Shown piece after piece: positions 55,970 to 64,000 of a stretch of DNA of 64,000 nucleotides; the first letter of the stretch is position 1, and every line of letters begins with the position of its first letter. Under the pieces are notes generated by a model that saw nothing but the letters and a program-made list of their open reading frames with translations, was not told the origin of the DNA and did no database searches. This DNA is from Patescibacteria group bacterium (GTDB taxonomy: Bacteria > Patescibacteriota > Patescibacteriia > Magasanikbacterales > JBBTQS01), in the NCBI GenBank assembly GCA_038065555.1, contig JBBTQS010000001.1, forward strand, positions 128,741-192,740, written 5' to 3'. The position numbers and the translations under genes are program-made.

Positions 55970-56813
55970 AGAAAGCGTATTTTTGTGCGAGCCGGAGCAT
56001 TTCGCGGTTCTTGGGTAAGAGATCTTTTTGCATGGCAAGTGGGAACGTGTACCACCCAGTAGAGAGCACCTCACGTGAGGAAATGCGCAAATGAGACGGA
56101 AGTAGAGTACACAGGTACGGCATCAATACGACCTGCACTCTCCCCCAATCATACACCTTGTAGTTGGTGTAGATGCGCGAGAGCAATCGCTCGGGGCGTA
56201 CGGAGTATCCGGTCTCCTCTTTGACCTCACGAACCAGACACGCCTCAACAGTCTCGCCCCACTCAACAGAGCCGCCTGGGAACTCCCACTTCTTGTGGTT
56301 AATCGTTCCAGGATCGTTGCGCTGCTGCAAGAATACCTTACCATTATGGATGATGATCGCAAGCGGCACGAGAAAAACCTTCGCATCTTCTGAAACTTTC
56401 TTTGTTTTTTGTGTTTTTTTGATCTCGGTGCTCTTGTACTGGTCTTCGTGGAACGAATCAAGTCTCACCACGCGTGTGGAGAGTCCAAGTGAGCGAATAC
56501 GGTCAGCTAATCCGTCCACGAAGGCATGCTGATCATACCCGAGTGCAATGATGTCAGGTTTGATCTGGCGTAGTGATGCGTACATGTCTGCGGTGTCGCC
56601 CAGCTGCACTTCTGTAACGCACTTGAGCTCACGCACCAGAGCCATGCGAGCTGATTCGTCGAGCGCAGGCTTGTGATGCTTGACCTTGGTAACCGTGCTA
56701 TTGCGCGCAATGACAACCGTAAGACTATCCCCCAGCTTGCGAGCAGAGGTGAGAAAATGAATGTGCCCAGGATGGAGAAAATCAAATGTCCCGAAAACGA
56801 GGACTTTTTTCAT
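55962..56813 (-). CDS. Cytidylyltransferase-family (RibL FAD synthase-like) domain fused to a Nudix hydrolase
   Basis: GTFDFLHPGH and IKPDIIALGYDQ, then Nudix box PGGSVEWGETVEACLVREVKEETG. Confidence 0.85.
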   Translation of the reverse strand: MKKVLVFGTFDFLHPGHIHFLTSARKLGDSLTVVIARNSTVTKVKHHKPALDESARMALVRELKCVTEVQLGDTADMYASLRQIKPDIIALGYDQHAFVDGLADRIRSLGLSTRVVRLDSFHEDQYKSTEIKKTQKTKKVSEDAKVFLVPLAIIIHNGKVFLQQRNDPGTINHKKWEFPGGSVEWGETVEACLVREVKEETGYSVRPERLLSRIYTNYKVYDWGRVQVVLMPYLCTLLPSHLRISSREVLSTGWYTFPLAMQKDLLPKNREMLRLAQKYAFYD

Positions 56814-56827
56814 ACGGAAGAAGGAGC

Positions 56828-57655
56828 TTATTGCTGCAACAAGGTCACGAGCTGTCGCGAAGAGAGTGAGGAAAGTGCACGGTTAGCGGATACATCAGAT
56901 CCACAGATCAACATTTTGGAGCTGTGGTGCAAATACCAGTCTGCATCTGGTTCGAGTGTGCGCACTGCTGTCGCTACACGAGTCAGATCAACACGGGAAT
57001 CATTACGTGACTTGATAGACAAGTAGTGTGTCGCAGGATTGCTGTATACAAACAGTACATAGTCTTGCGCATACGCAATGCGCGCGACTACCTTGGAACT
57101 CACGGTTGTGGTCACTGCAACACCCTTCCCCCACTTGGTCGTGAATTCCTTGCGCTTTTTCCAGTCACGCATGCACCATTCTTTTTCGAGCAGTCCTTCG
57201 TAGACACCGGCAAGATATTGCTCGCCGAACTGGAGCGCGCCCTCTGACCCCTCCCCTGTTACGCGACCCAAATACGTGAAGACTGAACCGATCATGAATT
57301 CGCGTGTTGGTGAGGCGAAGAGCATGCCGTGATCCTCTTCGTTGACGTACGCAACAAGTGCGTCCATGGCTTTGCGCTCTTCGGGGGTTTTGACAGCACA
57401 CTCCGGTTGCTTCTTGCAGTATTTCCAGACGAGCGTCGTCGCGCTATCTGCACGATCGCCCTTGTGCTCATCAAACTGACCACGTCCTACACCAATTGCC
57501 ATTCGGTCTGCGCTGTCCTTGCGTGTATAAGAAGCGTCTGCCGCAATGAACTCAACACGCGCCTTCTTCCATGCAGGAAGTGCGCGGCGAAGTACCCAAA
57601 TAGCTGCGACATCATCGAGGTGTGGATTCTTGTGCGTGACGAAGAGCTTGGGCAT
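56828..57655 (-). CDS. MYG1/DHH-like phosphoesterase
   Basis: VTH..PHLDD, GVGRGQFDEH, SATTLVW and WYLHHS..MLICG. Confidence 0.6.
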   Translation of the reverse strand: MPKLFVTHKNPHLDDVAAIWVLRRALPAWKKARVEFIAADASYTRKDSADRMAIGVGRGQFDEHKGDRADSATTLVWKYCKKQPECAVKTPEERKAMDALVAYVNEEDHGMLFASPTREFMIGSVFTYLGRVTGEGSEGALQFGEQYLAGVYEGLLEKEWCMRDWKKRKEFTTKWGKGVAVTTTVSSKVVARIAYAQDYVLFVYSNPATHYLSIKSRNDSRVDLTRVATAVRTLEPDADWYLHHSSKMLICGSDVSANRALSSLSSRQLVTLLQQ

Positions 57656-57664
57656 AGTGTGGTA

Positions 57665-59149
57665 TTAGCTGCGTGGACGCATGGTTGGGAAGAGAATCAC
57701 TTCCTTGATCGATGCTGCACCTGTGAAGAGCATGGCCATGCGATCGATTCCTACACCTGCGCCAGTAGTTGGTGGCATTCCGTGCGCCATTGCTTCGATG
57801 AAGTCGTCATCAGTCTGTTGTACATCTTCAATTCCCTTTCCTTCTTTTTCCTTCGCTGCCTCTGCATCAAATCGCTTGCGAAGTTCGAGAGGATCATTGA
57901 GCTCGCTGTAGTTATTCCCCTGTTCCTGTCCGAGTACATAGTGTTCAAACCGTTCCACAAACCGTGGATCTGCAGCAGACTGCTTCGCAAGAGGCGAAGA
58001 CTCTACAGGGTAATCATACACGATCGTCGGCTGAATGAGCGTATGCTCAACACGATCTTCGAACAACACGGTGAGCAGATCACCCACTGACAACGCTGTC
58101 TCAACGCGATATGGCTCCTCAGGCTTGCATTCAAGTGCTGCCTTTTTCGCCTGAGCAAGTGTGTCGTTGGTCCATGCGTGATAATCCCAGCCAGTTGCTT
58201 CGCGTACTGCGTCCACCATAGTCACACGGCGCCAAGGAGCCTTGACCTCGATGAGGTGTTCGCCATGTGGGAGTTGTGTTGTGCCGAAGAGCTTTTGTGC
58301 GCAGAATTCGTACACGCGCTCGATGAGCGACATGTTGTACCGATAATCTTCGTACGCGCACATAGTCTCGAGCATAGTGAACTCTGGATTGTGCTTGAAG
58401 CTCACTCCTTCGTTGCGGAAAATTCGGCCAATCTCAAAAACTCGCTCCATACCACCGACAACAAGTCTCTTGAGATAGAGTTCTGTTGAGATGCGAAGAT
58501 AGAGTTGCAAATCGAGCGTGTGGTGATGTGTGACAAACGGACGTGCCGATGTACCACCGTAGAGCGGTTGTAACACGGGCGTCTCTACTTCGACATATCC
58601 TTCGTTGTAGAGAAACTCACGAATGTACTGCACCATCTTGCTACGAATCATGAAGCGCTTGTACACTTCTTCGTTGGCAACAAGGTCTAAGTAGCGCTGG
58701 CGGTAGCGAATCTCCGTGTCAGCAAGACCGTGCCACTTCTCAGGGAGCGGCAAAAGCGCCTTCGTGAGAAGTGTATACGATTGCACCTGGAGACTCTTCT
58801 CTCCACGCTTGGTGATCATCGCAACACCGTGAACACTCACGAAGTCTGCGCGATCAATGAGCTCGAGAAACTGTTCATACGCAGTGTCCCCTACATGCTC
58901 CTTCTTGATGAAGAGTTGTACTGAACCGCTCTGATCTTTGATGGTTGCAAATGTGACACCACCTTGTGTACGGATACTCAAAAGTCGACCTGCCAGGCTC
59001 ACTGGGGTCTGTCCTTCGAGGATTACTTCGAACTGCTCGAGATACGCTGCAACGGTGTGCGAATGTGTAGCGGTCGACGGGTACGCCTGCCACCCAAGCT
59101 CTGCAATACGCGCGAGCTTGCCTACGCGGATATCATATTCTGACTGCAT
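57665..59149 (-). CDS. lysS: Lysine--tRNA ligase (class II)
   Basis: RYRQRYLDL, FRNEG..HNPEFT and GMPPTTGAGVGIDR. Confidence 0.97.
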   Translation of the reverse strand: MQSEYDIRVGKLARIAELGWQAYPSTATHSHTVAAYLEQFEVILEGQTPVSLAGRLLSIRTQGGVTFATIKDQSGSVQLFIKKEHVGDTAYEQFLELIDRADFVSVHGVAMITKRGEKSLQVQSYTLLTKALLPLPEKWHGLADTEIRYRQRYLDLVANEEVYKRFMIRSKMVQYIREFLYNEGYVEVETPVLQPLYGGTSARPFVTHHHTLDLQLYLRISTELYLKRLVVGGMERVFEIGRIFRNEGVSFKHNPEFTMLETMCAYEDYRYNMSLIERVYEFCAQKLFGTTQLPHGEHLIEVKAPWRRVTMVDAVREATGWDYHAWTNDTLAQAKKAALECKPEEPYRVETALSVGDLLTVLFEDRVEHTLIQPTIVYDYPVESSPLAKQSAADPRFVERFEHYVLGQEQGNNYSELNDPLELRKRFDAEAAKEKEGKGIEDVQQTDDDFIEAMAHGMPPTTGAGVGIDRMAMLFTGAASIKEVILFPTMRPRS

Positions 59150-59155
59150 ATGCAG

Positions 59156-59629
59156 CTATGATATCGAAAGAATGGTATATTTGGCAACGCCTGACGGTTT
59201 TTGGACTTCTACAACTTCACCAACTTCACATCCGAGGAACGCTGCGCCAAGTGGTGATTCGTTGGAAATTTTGCCAGCAAGTGGCTGTGCTTCTGCTGAA
59301 CCAACGATCTGGAATTCCTTCTTGGTTTTGTCTTCGGTGCTCACGACAATGCGCGAACCAATTTGTACCGAGACAATTTTTTGTGAAGCGCGCTTCTCCT
59401 CAATCAACATGGATCGGTTGATCATGTCTTCAAGTTCGAGAAGTCGTCCTTGTGCAAATGCCATCTGTTCTTTTGCATCCTGGTATTCAGCATTTTCGGA
59501 CAAGTCGCCGTTTTGTTTTGCATCGTCAATACGACCTGCAATTGCAGGGATTGTTTTCATCTTGAGTATCTCGAATTCAGCCTTGAGTGCCTCGAGTCCT
59601 TCTTTGGAAATGTATACAATTTCAGTCAT
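59156..59629 (-). CDS. greA: Transcription elongation factor GreA
   Basis: GDLSENAEY and ISNESPLG. Confidence 0.96.
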   Translation of the reverse strand: MTEIVYISKEGLEALKAEFEILKMKTIPAIAGRIDDAKQNGDLSENAEYQDAKEQMAFAQGRLLELEDMINRSMLIEEKRASQKIVSVQIGSRIVVSTEDKTKKEFQIVGSAEAQPLAGKISNESPLGAAFLGCEVGEVVEVQKPSGVAKYTILSIS

Positions 59630-59650
59630 AGATTCATGAGGAGTAAACGC

Positions 59651-59679
59651 AGTATACGGGTCTTTTGGTCGAGTGTCAA
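59651..59679 (-). promoter_or_regulatory. greA-lysS operon promoter
   Basis: TTGACA-17 nt-TATACT. The -35 overlaps the mrdA TGA stop. Confidence 0.75.
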
Positions 59680-61664
59680 GAATCGTAGCCAGACCACCAA
59701 ACAAAGAAATCTGCTGCGATCATAGACGCGATCGTCGCACCTTCTTCGCCTTCTTCAACAAGCACCGCGATTGCAATGCGTGGCGACTCGTACGGAGCAA
59801 ATCCAGTGAACCATGCGTGTGGTTGATACACGTTACTCCACTGCGCAGTTCCTGTTTTGCCAGCAACAGCAACGCGTGCTGCTTGGAGACGATACCCCGA
59901 CCCTTCCGTCACCGTCATTCGCATTCCTTCGCGAATAGTCTGGAGATGCTGCGCATCAATCATGTTGCTGTTAAGAACAACAGGCTTCTCCACAACACGA
60001 GGCTGACTCGAGCTATCCCCCAGTGCGTAGAGCAAATGCGGTTTGTACAATGTGCCGCCATTTGCAATAGCTGCAGTTGCCACAGCCATTTGCAATGGGG
60101 TCACCAACAAGTCACCTTGTCCAATCGAAAAGTTGTATGTGTCTCCAATATACCATCGTTCCTTCTTCACTTCTTGCTTCCATGTTGGCGACGGAATAAA
60201 TCCAGCGAATTCTCCCTGAATATCAATGCCCGTCTTGCTCCCAAATCCGAACTGCTGGAGATATGCCGCGATACGCTCTGCGCCGAGTCCCTCCGTCTGC
60301 TCATATCCACCGCCAATAATGTAGAAGAACGTATTCACCGAGTCGGCAATGGCTTTGCGTACGTCTGTCACACCATGTCCACCCGGTCGCCAATCACGGA
60401 AATACCAACGTGAAATCTGCAACCCACCGACACTCAGGAACGTCGTTGACTTTGTGATAATTCCTTCCTGCAATGCAGCAGCAGCAACAAACGGTTTGAT
60501 CACAGACCCTGATGGGAACCGACCACTGATTGCTCGATTGAAAAGAGGCATGTCTGGATCAGCAAGCAGCGCAGCATACGCCTCACTCTTGATTCCCTTG
60601 CTGAACAAGTTGTCGTCATACGCAGGGAGAGACACAAGTCCAAGTACTGCACCAGATCGTGGATCAATCGCCACAGCAGAGGCACGCTTCTTGCCGAGCT
60701 TTTGCATGGCGTTCTTCATCGCGATTTCAAGCTGCGATTGCACTTGGAGATCCAGCGTGAGGTACACACCGGTTCCTGGCACTGATGCCACAGCACTCAC
60801 CTGACGGCCTGGGCGGCCCTGTGCGTTGACTTCGGTGAGAACTTTGCCGTAGGTACCACGCAGGAGATGTTCGTAGGTTTTCTCCACTCCTGACTTCCCT
60901 ACTCGATCGGTTGGGCTATACGCACGATCTGCACGCGTCGTTCCCTGGTCGAGAATCTGTTGCCACTCCTGCGCATTCATTTTGCCGGTATACCCCAGCA
61001 CATGGGAGAGGCTCGCTGCTTTGTCCAGCTGATAATTGCGTGTAAAGGTGCTCTGTACGTACAGTCCAGGAATATCCGCCGCAGCTGCCTGAATACGAAC
61101 CGCATCCTCATACGACACTGCATCCTTCACAATAAGTGAATCACGCCCCGTGAGTTGCGGTGCACCGAAGAGCTCACTCGCTGCTGCAGCGTCAATACCC
61201 AAGAGGTGTTGCAACTTCGCACGACGTTCTGGATACGGGATAATATCACGCGGCGAAATCGCAATAGCAAATGTTGGCACATTTTCGACCAATGCTGCTC
61301 CATTGCGATCATAGACAATGCCGCGCGCAGCAGGTTGCGCATACGTGCGAGTGCGATTGTTCTCTGCGGCGAGAAGGTGCGACCTTCCGTCACCAATTTG
61401 GATGGAACCTATTTTCCAATATAGGAATGCAAGGAGTAACCATCCGAACAATCCTACAACGACAATCTTGTTGCGCGACAGCGCATTCCCAATATAATGC
61501 TCACGAAATTCTGGAAGCGCGCGATCTGCATCATCGCGATGGGGTGCAAATTGCTCGGTAACCCACTCCAGGCGAAATCTCCCGCGCAATCCGAAATATC
61601 TCTGCGACCCTTCGGAGGAGAGAAAGAGATCAGTATCTGCACGAGGTTTGGACCAAAAAGCCAT
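59676..61664 (-). CDS. mrdA: Penicillin-binding protein 2
   Basis: RGIVYDRNG, PSGSVIK, SVN and GKTGTAQ. Follows mreBCD. Confidence 0.93.
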   Translation of the reverse strand: MAFWSKPRADTDLFLSSEGSQRYFGLRGRFRLEWVTEQFAPHRDDADRALPEFREHYIGNALSRNKIVVVGLFGWLLLAFLYWKIGSIQIGDGRSHLLAAENNRTRTYAQPAARGIVYDRNGAALVENVPTFAIAISPRDIIPYPERRAKLQHLLGIDAAAASELFGAPQLTGRDSLIVKDAVSYEDAVRIQAAAADIPGLYVQSTFTRNYQLDKAASLSHVLGYTGKMNAQEWQQILDQGTTRADRAYSPTDRVGKSGVEKTYEHLLRGTYGKVLTEVNAQGRPGRQVSAVASVPGTGVYLTLDLQVQSQLEIAMKNAMQKLGKKRASAVAIDPRSGAVLGLVSLPAYDDNLFSKGIKSEAYAALLADPDMPLFNRAISGRFPSGSVIKPFVAAAALQEGIITKSTTFLSVGGLQISRWYFRDWRPGGHGVTDVRKAIADSVNTFFYIIGGGYEQTEGLGAERIAAYLQQFGFGSKTGIDIQGEFAGFIPSPTWKQEVKKERWYIGDTYNFSIGQGDLLVTPLQMAVATAAIANGGTLYKPHLLYALGDSSSQPRVVEKPVVLNSNMIDAQHLQTIREGMRMTVTEGSGYRLQAARVAVAGKTGTAQWSNVYQPHAWFTGFAPYESPRIAIAVLVEEGEEGATIASMIAADFFVWWSGYDS

Positions 61665-61672
61665 AGCGTGTG

Positions 61673-62185
61673 TTATGCGCGACGAACATGATCAAAGACT
61701 CCGAACCGCTGGCTCACCGCGAAGACAGCGAGTGAGCCTGCGAGCGACACACCAATAATAGGAAGTGAACGAATGCCAAACGCTACAAATGAAGTGCCAA
61801 ACGGTTCAGCAGCGCGCACAGCATTCATCATCACCCAGATCAATGCAAAAGCAAACAGTCCAAGTGTCGCCACCACAGCGTATGACCCGAATGACAATCG
61901 AGGAATGAGTCGGATGCACACGAGTCGTACCGTCCAAGCAAGTGCAAGATAGGCTACCGTCATTGTACCAAATGGGTAGGGGCTCATCACGTCAGCAGTA
62001 ATACCCATGAGTAGCGGCCACCATCCGATGCGCTCAAATGCATACCAGCGACTGCGGACCCACCATGGCGCGAGCACAACAGGCACAAGCATCGCATGCC
62101 ACGGAGCCGGCAGCGCACTCACTACACCCAACTGCGTCACGAGCACTCCTACAAACAAAACCAGTTGGAGAAGAAAGATACGCAT
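61673..62185 (-). CDS. mreD: Rod shape-determining protein MreD-like
   Basis: Hydrophobic 170 aa with G..AD.....PFG, located between mreC and mrdA. Confidence 0.7.
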   Translation of the reverse strand: MRIFLLQLVLFVGVLVTQLGVVSALPAPWHAMLVPVVLAPWWVRSRWYAFERIGWWPLLMGITADVMSPYPFGTMTVAYLALAWTVRLVCIRLIPRLSFGSYAVVATLGLFAFALIWVMMNAVRAAEPFGTSFVAFGIRSLPIIGVSLAGSLAVFAVSQRFGVFDHVRRA

Positions 62186-62187
62186 AG

Positions 62188-62994
62188 CTACGACCCTGAG
62201 CGAGTCAGAATTATGACTTGGCGGAGATTTTCTTGCGCATACCGTACTTGGATGCTTGCACGAAGGAGCTCCGTGTTCGGTTCTTCTTCGAGCTCCTCGA
62301 TGGCACCAATCACAATTCCCGCAGGTATTGCTTCGTCCATTCCTGCAGTCTGGATGAGTGAGCCTTGTCGCAACTGAGCAGACTTGGGGATCAACGTTAG
62401 TTGTGTTGAGAGTCCGAATTGTCCGCGGACCAATCCCACAAGCGTCCCCTGCTCCACTGATGCCCCAGAGATTGCAGACGAAGGATGCGCCAATGTACGC
62501 ACATAGGCACTTGTGTCTGCAACAGAGTGAACGGTACCAACTAGCGCCCCTTCTACTGTGAGTACCGTGTCCCCTGGTCTCACCCCATGTGCAGACCCTT
62601 GGTCAACAAGAACGAGAGACGTATCGAAGCTCATTCCTGTTCCCAACACATTTGCTCCGCGAACCGTGTACGATTTATATCGATCAATCAACGAGAAGGC
62701 GCGCTCGAGATCTGTGCATACCCTCGCTGCAGTTGCTGTTGTTGCCGTCGCTGCCTCCCAGATAAGTCGTTCACGACGAAGCTGCTCGATTTCTGCAATG
62801 AGTTCGTCTTTGGATTTTGCAGTGAGTGAACTGTCTTGGGCGGTTCCTCCCCTTACCCAGGAGGCAACCGGTGACATGAGTCGTACGAGTGGATCTCGCA
62901 ACCACTGGAACCAGGGTGTACGAGTTCCAATAACAACCACTGCCACAGCCCAAACCACCACCCATGCTACTCGTATTCGGTACGATGCGCGCAT
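62188..62994 (-). CDS. mreC: Rod shape-determining protein MreC
   Basis: TM plus coiled coil, VDQGS..GV, LVG and IPAGIVIG. Confidence 0.88.
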   Translation of the reverse strand: MRASYRIRVAWVVVWAVAVVVIGTRTPWFQWLRDPLVRLMSPVASWVRGGTAQDSSLTAKSKDELIAEIEQLRRERLIWEAATATTATAARVCTDLERAFSLIDRYKSYTVRGANVLGTGMSFDTSLVLVDQGSAHGVRPGDTVLTVEGALVGTVHSVADTSAYVRTLAHPSSAISGASVEQGTLVGLVRGQFGLSTQLTLIPKSAQLRQGSLIQTAGMDEAIPAGIVIGAIEELEEEPNTELLRASIQVRYAQENLRQVIILTRSGS

Positions 62995-63006
62995 AGGAAG
63001 GAAATA

Positions 63007-64000
63007 TTATCTGCGCTTTCGATTTGACTCTTCGTGTGTCGAAGGAATAGCAATACGTGCCAAAAGATTGAGATCATCCAGAAGCATTCCAGTGCCTCGC
63101 ACAACGCACATCAGTGGATCATCAACGATGCGAACAGGAATACCTGTCGCTGCTGCAATAACCTGATCAATCCCGCGCAAAAGTGCTGTGCCACCTGAGA
63201 GCACGAGCCCACGTTCGTGGATATCTGCAACGATTTCTGGTGGTGTTACTTCGAGTGTTGCTTTGATGTTCTCCACGATCGTCGCGATAGAGCGTGAAAT
63301 AGCGCGGTACACATGCTCACTATCAATCATTACTTCCTTCGGTAGGCCAGAGACTACATCACGACCACGCATGGAGAACTCGATTTTCTCTGGGAGTGGC
63401 TGTGCTGAACCAACGGCGATCTTGATGTTCTCCGCCTGACGATCCCCCAAGAGAAGTCCGAACACCTCACGGGTATACTGCATGATGTTCTTGGTGAGCT
63501 CGTCCCCTGCGATGACACTCGTGCGCCAACTCACAATTCCCTCGAGTGAGATAATAGCTACTTGGGTGTTTCCTGCACCCAGTTGCACTACCATGTTGCC
63601 TGTTGGCTCTTCCACAGACATTCGTGCGCCGATTGCAGCAGCTACTGGCTCCTCTACCACAAACACTTCGCGCGCACCTGCTGCAACAATAGCATCCTCA
63701 ACTGCTTTGCGTTCTACTTCGGTAACACCAAGTGGCACCGTGACAACCACACGCGGACGCGGAACAAACGAGAATTCGTCTTCGTGCACCTTGTCGATAA
63801 AATATTTCACCATGCGCTCCGCAACTTCGAAGTCAGAAATCACGCCCCCTGAGAGTGGGCGTGATGTCATGATGTGGCCTGGTGTCTTGCCGACCATATT
63901 TTTCGCTTCGTTGCCAACAGCGAGAATCTGCTCGGTGCGCATGTTAATGGCAACTACTGACGGCTCATGTACGACAATTCCTTTGTCTTTGACATACACG
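63007..64000 (-). CDS. mreB: Rod shape-determining protein MreB (5' end outside window)
   Basis: EPSVVA, RPL..GVISDF, TEVERKAV, EEPVAAAIGA and TPPE..ADI. Confidence 0.93.
   Translation of the reverse strand, partial: VYVKDKGIVVHEPSVVAINMRTEQILAVGNEAKNMVGKTPGHIMTSRPLSGGVISDFEVAERMVKYFIDKVHEDEFSFVPRPRVVVTVPLGVTEVERKAVEDAIVAAGAREVFVVEEPVAAAIGARMSVEEPTGNMVVQLGAGNTQVAIISLEGIVSWRTSVIAGDELTKNIMQYTREVFGLLLGDRQAENIKIAVGSAQPLPEKIEFSMRGRDVVSGLPKEVMIDSEHVYRAISRSIATIVENIKATLEVTPPEIVADIHERGLVLSGGTALLRGIDQVIAAATGIPVRIVDDPLMCVVRGTGMLLDDLNLLARIAIPSTHEESNRKRR

Noticed and set aside
1-64000. CRISPR arrays, IS elements, prophage genes, introns/inteins, stop-codon recoding
   Set aside because: No spaced repeats, transposases or phage hallmark genes seen. 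Core genes are uninterrupted, and TGA/TAG/TAA all end genes at expected positions.

Overview
Gene-dense bacterial chromosomal window made up almost entirely of housekeeping genes, read in the standard code (TGA is a stop). Several features point to a reduced Patescibacteria/CPR genome, probably Parcubacteria/ABY1-like (inference): short AlaRS, RpoA without its C-terminal domain, degenerate PriA, a TraD/VirD4-like ATPase module, almost no Shine-Dalgarno sequences and a dispersed dcw cluster. Contents: cca, ftsI-murF-ABC exporter, tRNA-Glu(CTC), znuACB-cls, glyA-folD-tsaE, murC-murB-hpf-secA, maf, secD-secF, a three-gene TraD-like module, mnmA-alaS-GT-C, the infA..rpoA..rpsI ribosomal block, wzx plus glycosyltransferases, priA-def-fmt, clpB with a perfect CIRCE, tagA-gltX-M23, surface proteins, greA-lysS-(MYG1-like)-(RibL-like/Nudix fusion)-serS-ftsQ, and mreBCD-mrdA. 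I found no mobile element, CRISPR array or rRNA. Main leads: (1) an unannotated ~200-nt structured minus-strand transcript between secA and maf, with its own consensus promoter and terminator; (2) SecD with two parvulin PPIase domains inserted; (3) the TraD-like membrane ATPase module with no other T4SS genes nearby; (4) RpoA without a CTD; (5) a nucleotidyltransferase-Nudix fusion next to a MYG1-like hydrolase between two tRNA synthetases. All family calls come from motif recognition by eye; no database searches were run.
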